Part shown: one piece after another, positions 21,635 to 33,165 of the stretch
How positions within the stretch are numbered: the stretch's first letter is position 1
Layout of the letters: each line of letters starts with the position of its first letter
Source of the DNA: an uncultured Verrucomicrobiae bacterium
Lineage (GTDB): Bacteria > Verrucomicrobiota > Verrucomicrobiia > Chthoniobacterales > Chthoniobacteraceae
Direction of reading: 5' to 3'
Length of the DNA stretch: 64,000 nucleotides
Assembly: GCA_963769025.1 (NCBI GenBank)
Contig: CAVYKI010000006.1
Location: forward strand, 64,001 to 128,000
Translations under genes and position numbers: made by a program
The notes under the pieces: model-generated
The model's database searches: none
What the model was told of the DNA's origin: nothing
The model's input: only the letters and a program-made list of their open reading frames with translations

Positions 21635-23416
21635 ATGAGCACCTACAACTGGATCGAATCAACGGCGTGGCAACTTCAGTTCTTCGGCCTTCCGAACCGT
21701 GTTCCGTGGCCGGCGGACGCGCAGAAGCCTGACGACCAAAAGGGCGAATTCGACATGCCGACGCTCCTGCGCGGCGTGGAGACGTGCGTGAGCAGCGAGC
21801 CGACGGTCATCGGGCCGTGGCGCGGATTCCTCGCGGCGTCGGAGCATTTTCAGGAAATGACGGAGGCGCTGGAGGATCAGGAATACGCGCGTGCGTCGGA
21901 GCTGCTCACGGCGATCGACAAGGAGCATCCGGGTTCGGCATACGGGCTGTTCCATCAGGCATACGTCCACCGGCAGAGCGGCAATGACCAGGAGGCCGTG
22001 CGCCTCTACGCGGATGCGTCGCAGAAGGCGCCTGGCGTGCCTTTCATCTGGAACAATCTCGGCGCGATGCTCGCGGAAAATGGCCAGCGCGACCAGGCTG
22101 TGCAGGCGTTCAAGAACGCGGTGAACATCAACCAGAGCGACGCCGTCGCCCTCGAATCGCTCGTGCAGCTCAAGGCCGCGGTGAAGCTGCTCCGCGACCA
22201 GAAGGATCCGAACTCTGCGGTTTACGTGCCTGTCGAGCAGTTCCGCGAAATGGCCGCCGGGCAAATCGATCAGCTCGCCGCGAACCCCGACCAGCTCGTC
22301 GCATTCGGCGAGCAGATGCTCCGCGACGGCGTCATTCCCGATGTCGGTGTGAAGGCGCTGGAAAAGGCGGACTCGGTGAAACCGAACGACCCGCGGATCC
22401 TCGCCGCACTCGGCGCGGGCTACCGGCTCACCGGGGCCTTCGACAAGTCGAAGGCCGCATTCGAAAAGTTCACCGCCGCGCGTCCGGACGATGCGTGGGG
22501 CTTCTTCAACATCGCGCAGACGTGCAACGCCTCCGGCGACAAGGCGGGCGAACGCGCCGCGCTCGAAAAGACGCTCGAACTCGACCCGAACATCCAGGCT
22601 GCGCTGGGCATTTACTTCGATCTGCAGTCAGACCACGGCCCCGGGAAGGAGAAGGCGCTCGTCGAATTTGCCGAGAAGCGCGGCGCGTGGATGCCTCTGC
22701 TCCTCGCGAGCAGTGTCGCACGCCAGCGGGACGACATCCCGGCGGCGGTCGCGCACGTCGCGAAGGCCTTCGAGCGCAACCCGAACTCCGAGGAGGTCCT
22801 GCTCCAATATTCCGCGATGCTCGGCGACGCCGGCGACGCGGCCACGCTCGATTTCGCGATCCTGCCAGCAGTTTCTGGCGGGCGCTTTTCGAAGCGGCTC
22901 GACTGGAATTACGCGCAGTCACTCAAGCAGGTCGGCAAGACCCAGCAGGCCATCGAGGCGCTGCGCCGGGCGCAACTCGGCGACGCGCCGGATGACTTCA
23001 AGGCCGCCGCCGCCACCGCGATCGAATTTTGGACCGGTCTCCGCGCGCAGTCCGGCGAGATGCTCGAGGTGCACCGAGGCGGATCGCTGCTGCGCCCCAT
23101 TCTTCTCTCGCTGGAAGACGGCGAAGGCGGCGTGCTCATCCACCCGCGCGCGCCGCTGCCCGCGCACCACAAGTTCCCGTGGCGCGCCCGCGAAAACGGC
23201 GGCACCGAGGCGCGCGTCCGCCTCCAGCAGGGACAGGCCGGCCTCGGCGCCACGCCCAAGCCGCTCGGCGTCTTCGTGGTGAAAAATGTCACGCCCGCCG
23301 CGGACGGGCCGACAAACATCGACTGCCGCGTCGAAGCGACGCCCGACGGCCGCCTGCTCTTCAGCGCCGGCCAGGACGGCCGCATGCTGCCTGTCGAGTG
23401 GGCCGGACTCGCGTAA
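21635..23416 (+). CDS. TPR-repeat protein with C-terminal Hsp70 substrate-binding-like domain
   Basis: Intact 593-aa ORF; TPR motifs (WNNLGAMLAENGQRDQAVQAFKNA etc.); C-terminal ~105 aa resemble the DnaK SBD-beta. Confidence 0.85.
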   Translation: MSTYNWIESTAWQLQFFGLPNRVPWPADAQKPDDQKGEFDMPTLLRGVETCVSSEPTVIGPWRGFLAASEHFQEMTEALEDQEYARASELLTAIDKEHPGSAYGLFHQAYVHRQSGNDQEAVRLYADASQKAPGVPFIWNNLGAMLAENGQRDQAVQAFKNAVNINQSDAVALESLVQLKAAVKLLRDQKDPNSAVYVPVEQFREMAAGQIDQLAANPDQLVAFGEQMLRDGVIPDVGVKALEKADSVKPNDPRILAALGAGYRLTGAFDKSKAAFEKFTAARPDDAWGFFNIAQTCNASGDKAGERAALEKTLELDPNIQAALGIYFDLQSDHGPGKEKALVEFAEKRGAWMPLLLASSVARQRDDIPAAVAHVAKAFERNPNSEEVLLQYSAMLGDAGDAATLDFAILPAVSGGRFSKRLDWNYAQSLKQVGKTQQAIEALRRAQLGDAPDDFKAAAATAIEFWTGLRAQSGEMLEVHRGGSLLRPILLSLEDGEGGVLIHPRAPLPAHHKFPWRARENGGTEARVRLQQGQAGLGATPKPLGVFVVKNVTPAADGPTNIDCRVEATPDGRLLFSAGQDGRMLPVEWAGLA

Positions 23417-23489
23417 GCCGGGTGTCCGCGAATTGACCGGCAGCGCCGGGGCTTTGCGGCCTTTTCCTACGCCGCGGAACGCAATGCAT

Positions 23490-23744
23490 TCACTCCGGCT
23501 CCAACGCCCGGAGCGCGTGGCAGGCGGCAGTGCAAATCTGCGGATTCGCAAGTTCGGCGATTGCCGTGATGAGCGCGCTGTCCTCGCCTGCCGCCCTCAT
23601 CTCCGTGAGCATCTGGTCAAACGCGATGCGTCGGACGGAGTCCGGGCACTGCTCCAGGCGAAACAGCCATTCGCGCAGGTGCGCGTGATCCCGGATGGCG
23701 TGGACCAGCGTGACCACTTCCTCGGAGATTTGCCCGTCGTCCAT
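23490..23744 (-). CDS. Hypothetical small helical protein
   Basis: 84-aa ORF with protein-like composition, immediately downstream of the 23754-24056 gene. Confidence 0.55.
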   Translation of the reverse strand: MDDGQISEEVVTLVHAIRDHAHLREWLFRLEQCPDSVRRIAFDQMLTEMRAAGEDSALITAIAELANPQICTAACHALRALEPE

Positions 23745-23753
23745 TTGCCGGAG

Positions 23754-24056
23754 TCAGTTGAAGGTGCTCAGCTCCAGCTCGGCTTCCTGTTCCTCGGCGA
23801 TTTCCTCCAGCGGGGCGAAGCGTTCTGACTTGAAGGCGAGCTCCTCGCTGCCTTTGTGCGTGGGGTCGGGCGGATTGACGAGTTCCTCAAGCAGGAGCGC
23901 GATGGTCGCGGAGTCGGAGCCTCGCATGGTCTCGCGGCGCAGGCACACGTCGCGGATGGTGTAGGTGCGGCCTTTCACCGGGAGCTGGTTGAAGAATTCG
24001 ACGACCCACTTTGGAAAGCGATCGTCCACGCAAACTACGCGCTGGCCTTTGATCAT
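23754..24056 (-). CDS. Hypothetical protein (SH3-like GQRVVCVDD motif)
   Basis: MIKGQRVVCVDD..PVKGRTYTIRDV..LLLEELVNP..FKSERFAPL; typical codon usage. Confidence 0.7.
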   Translation of the reverse strand: MIKGQRVVCVDDRFPKWVVEFFNQLPVKGRTYTIRDVCLRRETMRGSDSATIALLLEELVNPPDPTHKGSEELAFKSERFAPLEEIAEEQEAELELSTFN

Positions 24057-24165
24057 GAGTTGAGGGTTTGAAAGTTGAGAGTGTGAGCGGCGGGGGCGAC
24101 GGCACGTTACGCGCGCCGCGCCGCGCATACCAACTCCCAACTTTCACTTTGAAACCTCAACTTTC
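24057..24165. repeat. Low-complexity imperfect inverted repeats in divergent intergenic region
   Basis: gagttgagggtttgaaagttgag versus caactttcactttgaaacctcaacttt. Confidence 0.45.
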
Positions 24166-24233
24166 CGTTGACCCGGTGGCACGACGCCCGTAACAACGCG
24201 CCCTCACTTTTCTCACCACACCTTTCACCGAAC

Positions 24234-24383
24234 ATGGGCAAGCAATACAACAAAGTCGAAAAGAAGCGCCGCCGTCTCAATTACCTCGTGCGCCGCAAGG
24301 CGAAGGCGGCAGCCGCAGGCAAGGGTGGCGTGAAGGTTCGCGCGAAGCGCCCTGCCAAGAAGAAGGCCGCAGCCGCGGCGTAG
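24234..24383 (+). CDS. Small very basic protein (49 aa)
   Basis: MGKQYNKVEKKRRRLNYLVRRKAK...KKKAAAAA; good codon usage. Confidence 0.7.
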   Translation: MGKQYNKVEKKRRRLNYLVRRKAKAAAAGKGGVKVRAKRPAKKKAAAAA

Positions 24384-24425
24384 GTCTCCCGGCGGATCGG
24401 GCTGCTGTCCGGATGAGGGCAAGCC

Positions 24426-24856
24426 ATGCGCTATCTCCTCGTCGATGCGCACAGCGTCATTTTTTCGTGGCCGGAGCTCCACGAACTGCACGGCGCAATC
24501 GGCTCGTCGCGCGTGAGGAACTGACGCGGAGGCTCACGGCGTATCAGGACGCGACGGGTGTGCGCGTCGTGGTGGTGTTCGACGGGAAAGGGGCGCGCGC
24601 GAATTCGGAGAAGATGCCGGGTGGCATCCAGGTGTTCTATTCCGGCGGAAAGGACTCGGCGGATTCCATCATCGAGCGGCTCGCGGCGAAGTATGCGGGC
24701 GAGCACGAAATCACCGTGGCGACGAATGACCATCTCGAGCAGCAGACGGTGATCACGTTTGGCGGGCTCGCCATTTCCGTGGAGGCGTTGCGCAAGGAAC
24801 TCGAATCGGCGGACCGGGATGTGACGCGGGAGATCCGCCGGCTGCGGAAACGCTGA
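24426..24856 (+). CDS. NYN/YacP-like PIN-fold nuclease (one indel near 24495)
   Basis: MRYLLVDAHSVIF..., VVVVFDG, SADSIIERL, VATND. Confidence 0.85.
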
Positions 24857-24861
24857 GGCGT

Positions 24862-25989
24862 TCAGCGCGCGGCGGCGTGCGCGTTTGCTCCCGCCGATCA
24901 GCCGCACGAGGAGCTGGCTGAGGACGACCTCGGTTTCCGTCGGGGCGGAGACGAGCGTCACGTTTGCGTCCAGGCACGCCTTCAGCCCGGCCTGCAGTTC
25001 CGGCAGCGTGAAATTGCGCGCGCCAGCCGCGGCGAAGCCGAGCGAAAAGGCGTTCAGCTTGCCTTCCTTCGTCCGCGGCAGATGCGCGATGGCGGCGGCG
25101 GGGAGGCGTTCGAGCGTCGAGGTGAAATGGAACGGATTCGACGGCGCGGCGAGCTTGTGCCGGACGAGGAGATCCTTTGCGAGGAGGAGGTTTCGGACGG
25201 TGGGGATGATCGTCGCGAGCAGGATGCCGATGGCCTTTTCGCCGTTGAAAAGGAGCTGCTGGAGGAGTTCCAGCGCCCGCTGAAGCTGCCGCGCGGAGAT
25301 CGCATTGCCGAGTTCGAAGATGACGCCCGCGCGCGACATCGGCGTGAGCATGCGGACATCGTCCTGCGTCACGCGGCGGTTGTCCTTGCCGAGGTAGAGG
25401 TCGAGCTTCTCCAGCTCGCTCGTGATGGCGTAGCGGTCGCCGCCCGTGTAGAGCGTGAAAAGCTCGATCGCGTCCTCGTCGAAATTCAGGCCCTGCTGCC
25501 GGGCGAGGTCGCGGCAGAGGATGACGGCATTGCCGCTCCCAGCCCTGCTTGGTGGAATCCAGCCGGTCGAAAGTCTGCATCTCGCGCGATCTTGTCGAGC
25601 GTCTTGTAAAACGAGCGCCGCTTGTCGATGGCGCCGCCGCTGAGCAGGAATCGCGTGCCTTCCGGCAGCCCGCGTTGCAGCAGCGCCGTGAGCTTTTCGA
25701 TCGCGTCCTTCGTGGCCTGCGCGCCGCCGGTGCGGTCGTCGGCGAGGAAGTTCGCGTCCTGCAGCCACACGAGCTTTGCGCCGCCGAAAAAGCCGTACGT
25801 ATCCAGCGCCTCGATCGTCTGGAAAACCTTCTGCGCCGCGTCGTCCGCGTTCATCGCCTGGCCGTTGATGACCTCCTTCCCGAAGTCCCCCGGCGGCGCG
25901 AGCCTTTCCGCCAGCTCCCGCGCCACGCGCTTCACCTCGAAATCGTCCGTGCCGAGGATGGCGTGGATGGGGGCGGCGTCGTTTTTCAA
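24862..25989 (-). CDS. holA: DNA polymerase III delta subunit (indels near 25530-25580; 3' end approximate)
   Basis: AILGTDDFEV, GFFGGAKLV, IDKRRSFYK, ELEKLDLY, IFELGNAI. Confidence 0.88.
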
Positions 25990-26871
25990 GGCGTGGTCGG
26001 GATGAGTGGCGATGTCGCGTAGCTCTTAAACTCGCTCTCGACCGCATCCAAGTTCAGAAAGCGGTTTCCGAAGTGATTCCGCGCCGCCGTCTCGAAGAGC
26101 GCGCCCTTTCCCATCGCGTCGAGGAACGCCACGAAGCCCTTCTTGTCCGCCGCCGAGAGGAACCGCACGAGCTTCTGCGACTCCTCGTAAAATGCGGCCA
26201 CGTTCTCCACCTCCGCCGGGTACTCGCTCGCGGACGTCAGCTCCGCGAGCGGGATGTACAGCCACCGCTTCACCGGGCTGGCCTGCGGCCGCGCGTTGTA
26301 TCCGCGCGCGCGGTAGAATGCCGCGCGGCAGCGCGACGCCGCGTATTCCGCAAAGCCTTCGTTCAGCCACAGCGGGATGCCCGGGCCGAAAAAGCGAAAC
26401 AGCACCAGATGCGTGATCTCGTGCGGCAGCGTCGCGTTGTCCGCCATCGGGCCGGGCTTTCTCAGGATGAAGAGCGCGCCCTCGCCGTGGATGCCGCCGG
26501 TCCACGGATCCAGCCCGCCGAACTTTTGGAACGCCTTCCAGTCGGCTGCATCGTCGAAAAGGAACAGGTGGCACTTCCGCTCCCATTTGGTCGTGTCCCG
26601 GCCGAGTTCCGCCGCGATCACGCGGTAGTAAAATTCCGCCTCCACCGAGACCGACGACGCCGTCGGGCGGTCGAAGAAATGATAGACGAAATGCTCGGTC
26701 TCGCCGTGCTTCCAGTCACTGGCGCGGACTGTGCAGCGCCTTCTTCCCGAGCGCCGTCAGCGTCCGGTCCGAGAGCTTTTCAAACGCAACCTCCGGCAGC
26801 CCGCCGGCGGATGTCTCCTGCCCAGCGCAGACGCAGGCGACGAGGAAAATGAAGACGGGCAGAAATCGCAT
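25986..26871 (-). CDS. Exported peptidase MA-like (gluzincin) protein; indel near 26730
   Basis: Signal peptide MRFLPVFIFL; LPHEITH (HExxH) and WLNEGFAEY. Confidence 0.78.
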
Positions 26872-27025
26872 CCCCGCCAGAGAGGCAGCCCCCGTGCCAG
26901 CGGGCGGGATTCCGGCCGCTATTCCTTCGTCGAACAGATGCGTCGTAATCCTATTCCGTCGGGGCGAACGGGCGGGGGTACGAAGATCGACAGACGACGA
27001 CGCAGGCTTGCGCGGCTTTGCGGGA

Positions 27026-28157
27026 CTATTTCCGCGGCACGGCGAAGACGACGCAGACGGGGGCGCGCCGGAGACTTGCGCGGCGGGGGTGAGCTTTCCG
27101 GTCGCGGGGTCGATCTTGTGCGAGGCGAGGCTGTTGTCGTTCTGGCCGGCGGCGACGAGCCATCCGCCGTCGGGCGAGATCGCAAAGCCGCGCGGCACCT
27201 TCACGTTGGCGGGCGCGTTCTGCACGAGCGTCACCTTCCCGTCCGTCGCCGATGGCAAAGACGGCGATGCTGTCGTGGCCGCGGTTCGAGACATAGACGA
27301 AGCGGCCGTTCGGGTGGCAGAAGATCTCCGCGGTGCTGTTTTTCTGCGCGTCCGGGGCGCCTTCGGGCAGCGTGCTGAGCGTCTGGATCGGCCTTGAGCG
27401 TGCCCTTCTTCGCGTCATGCGCGAGGACGCGTGATCGCGCTCGTCATCTCGTCGCACACGTAGGCAAAACCGCCCTTGGGGTGAAACGCGAGGTGCCGCG
27501 GGCCGCTGCCGGGCGGGACTTTCCCGCTCGGCGGATCGTTCGGCGTGAGCGTGCCCTTCGCGGTGTCGAAGCGATACACGAAGACGTCGTCCGTCCCGAG
27601 GTCGCAGGCATAGACGTAGTCGCCGCTGGGTGTAGATGGAATGGGCGTGGGGCGCCTTCTGGCGCGAGGCGTTCACGCTGCTGCCGGTGTGCTGGACGAA
27701 GCCCGACGCGGGCCCGACGGAGCCGTCCTCGCGGATCGGGAGGGCGGCGACGCTGCCGCCGCCGTAGTTTGCCGCGAACACCGTCTCGCCGCCGGGATGC
27801 ACCGTGCACATGGCAGTTCCCCGCGCCCTTGGTGGATTCGTCGTTCAGGTGCCGGAGCGAGCCGTCCTTTTCGATGGCAAATGCGCCGACGGTGCCGCCG
27901 CCTGCTCTCGATCGCGGCGTAGAGGAATTTGCCGTTCGGATGGACTGCGAGGAAGCTCGGGCTCTTCGCCTCGGCCGCGAGGACGGGGGCGGTGAGCGCG
28001 CCGGTCTTCAGGTCAATGCGTGCCGCGATAGATGCCGAGGCTGCCGCCGGGCTTCGTGTAGGTGCCGATGTAAAATTCCGCCACGTCTGCGGCGGAGGGG
28101 GGCGGCGAAGGAGCCGAGGAGGAACGGGAGGGCGATGAGCGTGAGGGTCAGTTTCAT
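27026..28157 (-). CDS. Lactonase family (6-phosphogluconolactonase-like beta-propeller), multiple indels
   Basis: FYIGTYT, ANYGGGSV, RQKAPHAH, CDLGTD, GPRH, SNRGHDSI, PRGFAISPDG. Confidence 0.88.
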
Positions 28158-28199
28158 GAATGTGAGGGGTGTGGATGGGAACGGTCCGGCGCGGGTTCG

Positions 28200-30904
28200 C
28201 TATTCGAGGAGGCGGCGGATTTTTTTGCGGGCGTGGTCGAGGGTGAATGGCTTCTGGATGAAGTCAACCAGCGGGTCATTTCCGAAGCGGCTCGCGACAT
28301 CCTGCGTGCTGTATCCGCTCATGATGAGCACGCGCAGATCGGGCCGCAGTTTGCGCAGTTCGCGCAGCGTCTCCTCGCCGTCCATCTGCGGCATCGTGAG
28401 ATCGAGAAAGACGAACTGCACGTCCCCGAGCGACGGGAACAGCGCCAGCGCCTCGCGCGCCATTGGTCGCGGTGATCGTCTGGAACCCGAGGAATTCCAG
28501 GAAGCGCGTGGCGACATTCCGGACGGTATCCTCGTCGTCCACGACGAGGACGAGCCCGCTGCCGCGCCAGTCGTCGGCCGGCGGGCCGGCAATCGGCGGC
28601 TGGCTCCGGCGACCTCGCCGGTGGCGGGGAGCAGCACGCGGAATCGCGTTCCGTGTCCCGGCTGGCTCGCGACCGTGAGAGCGCCCCGGTGGCCGCGCAC
28701 GATCCCGAGCACCGCGGCGAGCCCGAGGCCGCGGCCCGGTGAATTTCGTCGTGAAAAACGGGTCGAAGATCCGCTGCAGCACGTCCGGCTCCATGCCGCA
28801 GCCGGTGTCGCTCACTTCAAACCAGACGATAATTTCCCTCCCTCGCATCCGGCGAGGCATTCGCCTTTGCGAGCTCCGCCTGACTCAGCCAGCCGGTGCC
28901 GGTCGAGACGCACACGGTGCCGTCGCGTTCGCCGAGCGCCTCGCTCGCGTTGATGACAAGATTCATCACGACCTGGCGGACCTGCGTCACGTCTGCCAGC
29001 ACCGCCGGCAGCTCGGGTGCGGGCTTGAAATCGAGGCGCGCACGCTTGCTGATCGAGATGCCGAGGAGGTTCATCGTCTCGCGGACCAGCGCATTCATGT
29101 CGAACGCCTGCACGTCGAAGCGCCCCTTGCCGGAATACGCGAGCATCTGCCGGCACAGGTCCGCCGCGCGGCTCGCGGCCTTCTCGATCTGGTCGAGAAA
29201 GGCGTGCGCCGCCGAGTCCGGCGGGAGCTCCGCGGCGGCGAGGCTGGCGTTGCCGAGCACGCCCGTGAGCAGGTTGTTGAAATCGTGCGCGATTCCGCCC
29301 GCGAGCACGCCGAGGCTTTCGAGCTTTTGGGTCTCCTGGAGTTTCGCCTCGATGGCGCGGCGTTCCTCCAGCGCCCGCCGGCGTTCGCTGATGTCCCGGA
29401 AAAATCCATGCACGCGGATGCCGTCGCCCGTGTTCTCCGCGTTTGCGTTGAACTCGAAGGTGGCGACGCGGCCGTCGGCGCCGGCCATGTCCATCTCCAC
29501 GTTTTGGATGCGGCCTTCCACGGGCAGCTTCGCCAGCGTCTGCGCCGCCAGTTCGTGATGCCGGGGCGCGACGAAATCCAGATAGTCGTGCCCGACCAAA
29601 TCCGCCTGGTCCTCCGCCCCGAGGAATGTGAGGAACTTGTCGTTCACCGCGACGATCCGGCCGGACGTGTCGAGCTGCACGTAGCCGGTGTTCGTCGCGT
29701 GGATGAGCGTGTTCAGCAGCCGGTCCGAGGCCTGCAGCTTCTCCAGCGTCTCCACCGTGTAGGTGATTTCCTCCGCGAGCCGCAGGTAGGAACGCACGGA
29801 GCCGTCGGGATTCCGGAGCACCGAGTTCCACCACAGGCAGTGGATGACGCGTCCGTCCTTCGTGAGATTGCGGCAGCGCAGCGTATTGTGATCCTCGTCG
29901 CCACGGTCGAGCCGCCCGAACGTCTCCGCAGTGAACGCGGTTTCATCCGGGTGGATCGCATCCAGTTCCGCCAGCGTCCGGCCGATCGCTTCGCGCGATG
30001 TCCAGCCGAACATCTTTTCGGCGCGACCGGCCCATCGCGTGATCCGCGAGCTGGCGTCCATCTCGGCGACGAGCAGCAGCGAATTTTCCAGATGCTGCGT
30101 AAGCCTCAGGCGCGCGTCCGCGAGTTCGTCGGCGGCGCGTTTCATGTCCGTGACGTCGCGGGCGATCGCGATGAGTCCCAGCAGGCGCCCGCCGGTGTCG
30201 CGGAGCGGATACTTGCTCGTGAGGAACCATCCGGCCCGGCCGTCGGGATACTGGAAGCGCTCCTCGCGATTCACGATCGCCTCTCCGGTGCGCAGCACCT
30301 GCAGGTCGTCATCCAGGTAAGCCCGTCCAAACTCCTCGGGAAAACCAAGGTCGGTCGTCCGGCGTCCGAGCACCTGCTCATCGGGATATCCTGTCAGTCT
30401 CTGGTGCGCGCCGTTGACCATCACGTAGCGCGCCTCGGCGTCCTTCACGATGATGATGTCCGGGATTCCATCCATCACCGTGCGCAGGAGGTGGCGCTCC
30501 TCGGAGACGCGCTCGAATTTTTTGCGCCGCGCCGTGACATCGCGCATGCTCAGCAGCGTGCGATCCTCCCCGAGCGGCAGGGCCACCACCTCGCATGTTC
30601 CGGCTTCGCCGCCCTTGCGGAGAAAGGCCGTCTCGCCGTGCCATTGTGCGTTGCTCGCGAAGACCTGCTGGACGGCCGACGCGAGGCCCCGCACGGCGTC
30701 CGCGGATTGCAGCGCGTGAACCGACATCCCCTGAGCCTCGTCGGGCGACCAGCCGAAGACTCGCGTCGCCCCGCTGTTCCATTCGAGGATGCTGCCGTCC
30801 CGGCCCGCGACAATCACGGCTTCCTCCAGCAAATCGACAAGCGACTCTGTCGGCGGGCGTGTTGCCGCGATGCGCGTTGGCTGGCTGGATGGGGCGGGCG
30901 TCAT
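28200..30904 (-). CDS. Multi-PAS hybrid sensor histidine kinase/response regulator (indels near the 3' end)
   Basis: Four PAS-like segments; [40 protein letters not shown]; receiver [20 protein letters not shown]. Confidence 0.93.
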
Positions 30905-31047
30905 CGGAAGGCTCGGTGCGGCGCAAGAAGCAAACGGACTTACGCAGGAATGCAAGGGTGGACGCCCCGCGGCGCAGATGCCTGCCGGCTGACGTGTGGG
31001 ATAATAGCGTTTGAACGTTCCGTCGCTCTGGGTGACTAATGGGTCGC

Positions 31048-31413
31048 ATGCAATCCACCGCTGCCAGCCTGGTCGGGCTTTTCGTCGCCATTGCGATGAG
31101 CTTCGGTTCCTTGTCACTGCTGCCGGCAGGGGACTGCGGTGCGCGGGAAGCGCAACGTGCTTGCACGTGTTGCGTTCAAACCGCGTCAGACGGCTGCTGC
31201 GCTGCGCCGGAAAACCGCGCGCCCGCGCAGGAGCCAGCGGCGCCTTCCACCTCCGTGTCCGGGCAATGGCAGCCCGCGGCGCTCGCCCAGCGGCATCCGG
31301 TCGCGATTCTGCCCCCGGTGGATGCAGTCATTTTCCCGTCGGAGAAAGCCGGCCTTTGCGCCCGTGCAGACGGGCACACTTTCCAGTCGGTGAATTGCGT
31401 GTGGCGGGTCTGA
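31048..31413 (+). CDS. Small Cys-rich leader protein of Cu/Ag efflux operon
   Basis: Hydrophobic N-terminus; CTCC..GCC; C-terminal HTFQSVNCVWRV. Confidence 0.6.
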   Translation: MQSTAASLVGLFVAIAMSFGSLSLLPAGDCGAREAQRACTCCVQTASDGCCAAPENRAPAQEPAAPSTSVSGQWQPAALAQRHPVAILPPVDAVIFPSEKAGLCARADGHTFQSVNCVWRV

Positions 31414-31495
31414 GAATGCCTTGACGCCAGTGGTGTGCCCGGACGCGGCGAACGCCGCGCGGGCTGGGTGAACGTCAACGCAATTTCCCAGACTC

Positions 31496-33165
31496 ATGAA
31501 AAAACTTCTCATCCTCATTCTCATCGCTGCCGCCGCCTTTGGCGGATGGTGGTTCGGCAGACACGGCCATTCACACGTCGTGACGCCCGCCGGACGCAAG
31601 GTCCTCTACTACCAGAGCTCCATGCACCCGTGGGTGAAAGTCCGACAAACCGGGCCGCTGCACCATCTGCGGGATGGAGCTTGCGCCTGTATTCGAGGGC
31701 GACGCCGGTTTCGATGCCGACTCGACGCTCATCACGCTGACCAAGCAGGGCGTCACCGTCACGGGTGTCGAGACTGCGCCCGTGGTGAAAAGGACCATCC
31801 GGCGCACCATCCGCGTCGCGGGAATGGTCGATGACGACGACAGCACGCATCGCCGGCTGAGTGCGACCGCGGAAGGGCGCATCGAGAAGCTCTTCGTCAA
31901 TTACGTCGGCGCCGAAGTCACCGCCGGGCAGCCGCTCGCCACGATCTACAGCCCCGCGTTGCGGAATCTGTTTGCCGATTACCCGCTCATCGCGCGCCAG
32001 CCAGCCTCGCCCCAGCGCGACCAGCTCATGAAGAGCATCCGCGAACGGCTGCTGCGCGTCGGGCTTTCGGTCGAGGAGCTCGATGCGGCTCTCGCATCCG
32101 ACAAGATCCCCGTGGAGCTCAAGGTATACACGCCCATCACGGGCACCGTCGTCTCGCGGAATGTCTATGAAGGCCAGTACGTGAAGGAGGGCGAGATGCT
32201 CTTCGAAGTCGCGGATTTTTCGAAGATGTGGTTTGTCTTCGACGTGTATGAGCGCGACCTGCCGTGGGTCCGCATGGGCGCGGAGGTCGAAATCACGACG
32301 CCGGCGTTGCCCGGACGCGTGCTGAGCGCACCGATCACGTTCATCGATCCGAATCTCAACCCCGAGACGCGCAGTGCGCGCGTCCGCGTCGTGCTCGAAA
32401 ATCCCGTGACGAACGAACCCGGGAAGCATCGTCACGAACTGCTGCACAAGCTCTACGCGGAAGGACGAATCAGCTCCGAGACCGCGTCCACTCTCACCGT
32501 GCCGCGCAGTGCGGTGCTGTGGCCCGCGGGGAAGCCGATCGTTTACGTGGAGAAAAGCACGGGCGTCTATGAGCCGCGCGAAGTGCAGGTCGGCGTCGCG
32601 GGCGATGACCTTTGGGAAATCGCCGGAGGTCTGGTGGAATGAGCGCGTCGTCACGAGCGGTAATTTGCTGCTCGATGGCCAGTCGCAAATCAATCGTCCG
32701 CCCGAACCACCGGGCACAAGGCGGCATTCGCTGATGAGCCCAGCGGAAGGCGGCGCTCGATTTCTTTGCCACTCTGTCCTCACTTGGCGAGGCACTCGCC
32801 GCCGACAAGCCCGCGGATTTCCGGCAGTCGCCGCGCAGCTCGCCGTACTGCGCGCTATGCTCGTGCGTATTCGGCGAGCGCGCGGAGAAGCTTTCACTAC
32901 TCGCGAAGCTGCCGGACACCGGCGACCTCCCCGCGCAGCGCGAGGCATTCTACCCGCTTAGCGAAGCCGCTGCCGAATTCGCCTTGGAATTGCGCCGCGA
33001 GGACGACGGATTCGACGCCGTCAAGATCTTCGCGTGCGACATGGCAAAAGGGAACGTGCCGAGCGCTCCCAAGGAACGCGGGCGCTGGATCAATTTCAGG
33101 ACAAGTTCCGGAATCCATGGTGGGGCGCTGAAATGCTCGAATGTGGCGCGGAGGTCCGGCCATGA
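31496..33165 (+). CDS. cusB: CusB-like RND adaptor with N-terminal heavy-metal-binding domain and C-terminal DUF3347-like domain (indels)
   Basis: YYQSSMHPWVK..PG.CTICGMELAP; GRIEKLFVNYVG; IYSPAL; C-terminal CDMAK..NPWWGAEMLECG; ATGA overlap with the next gene. Confidence 0.85.
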
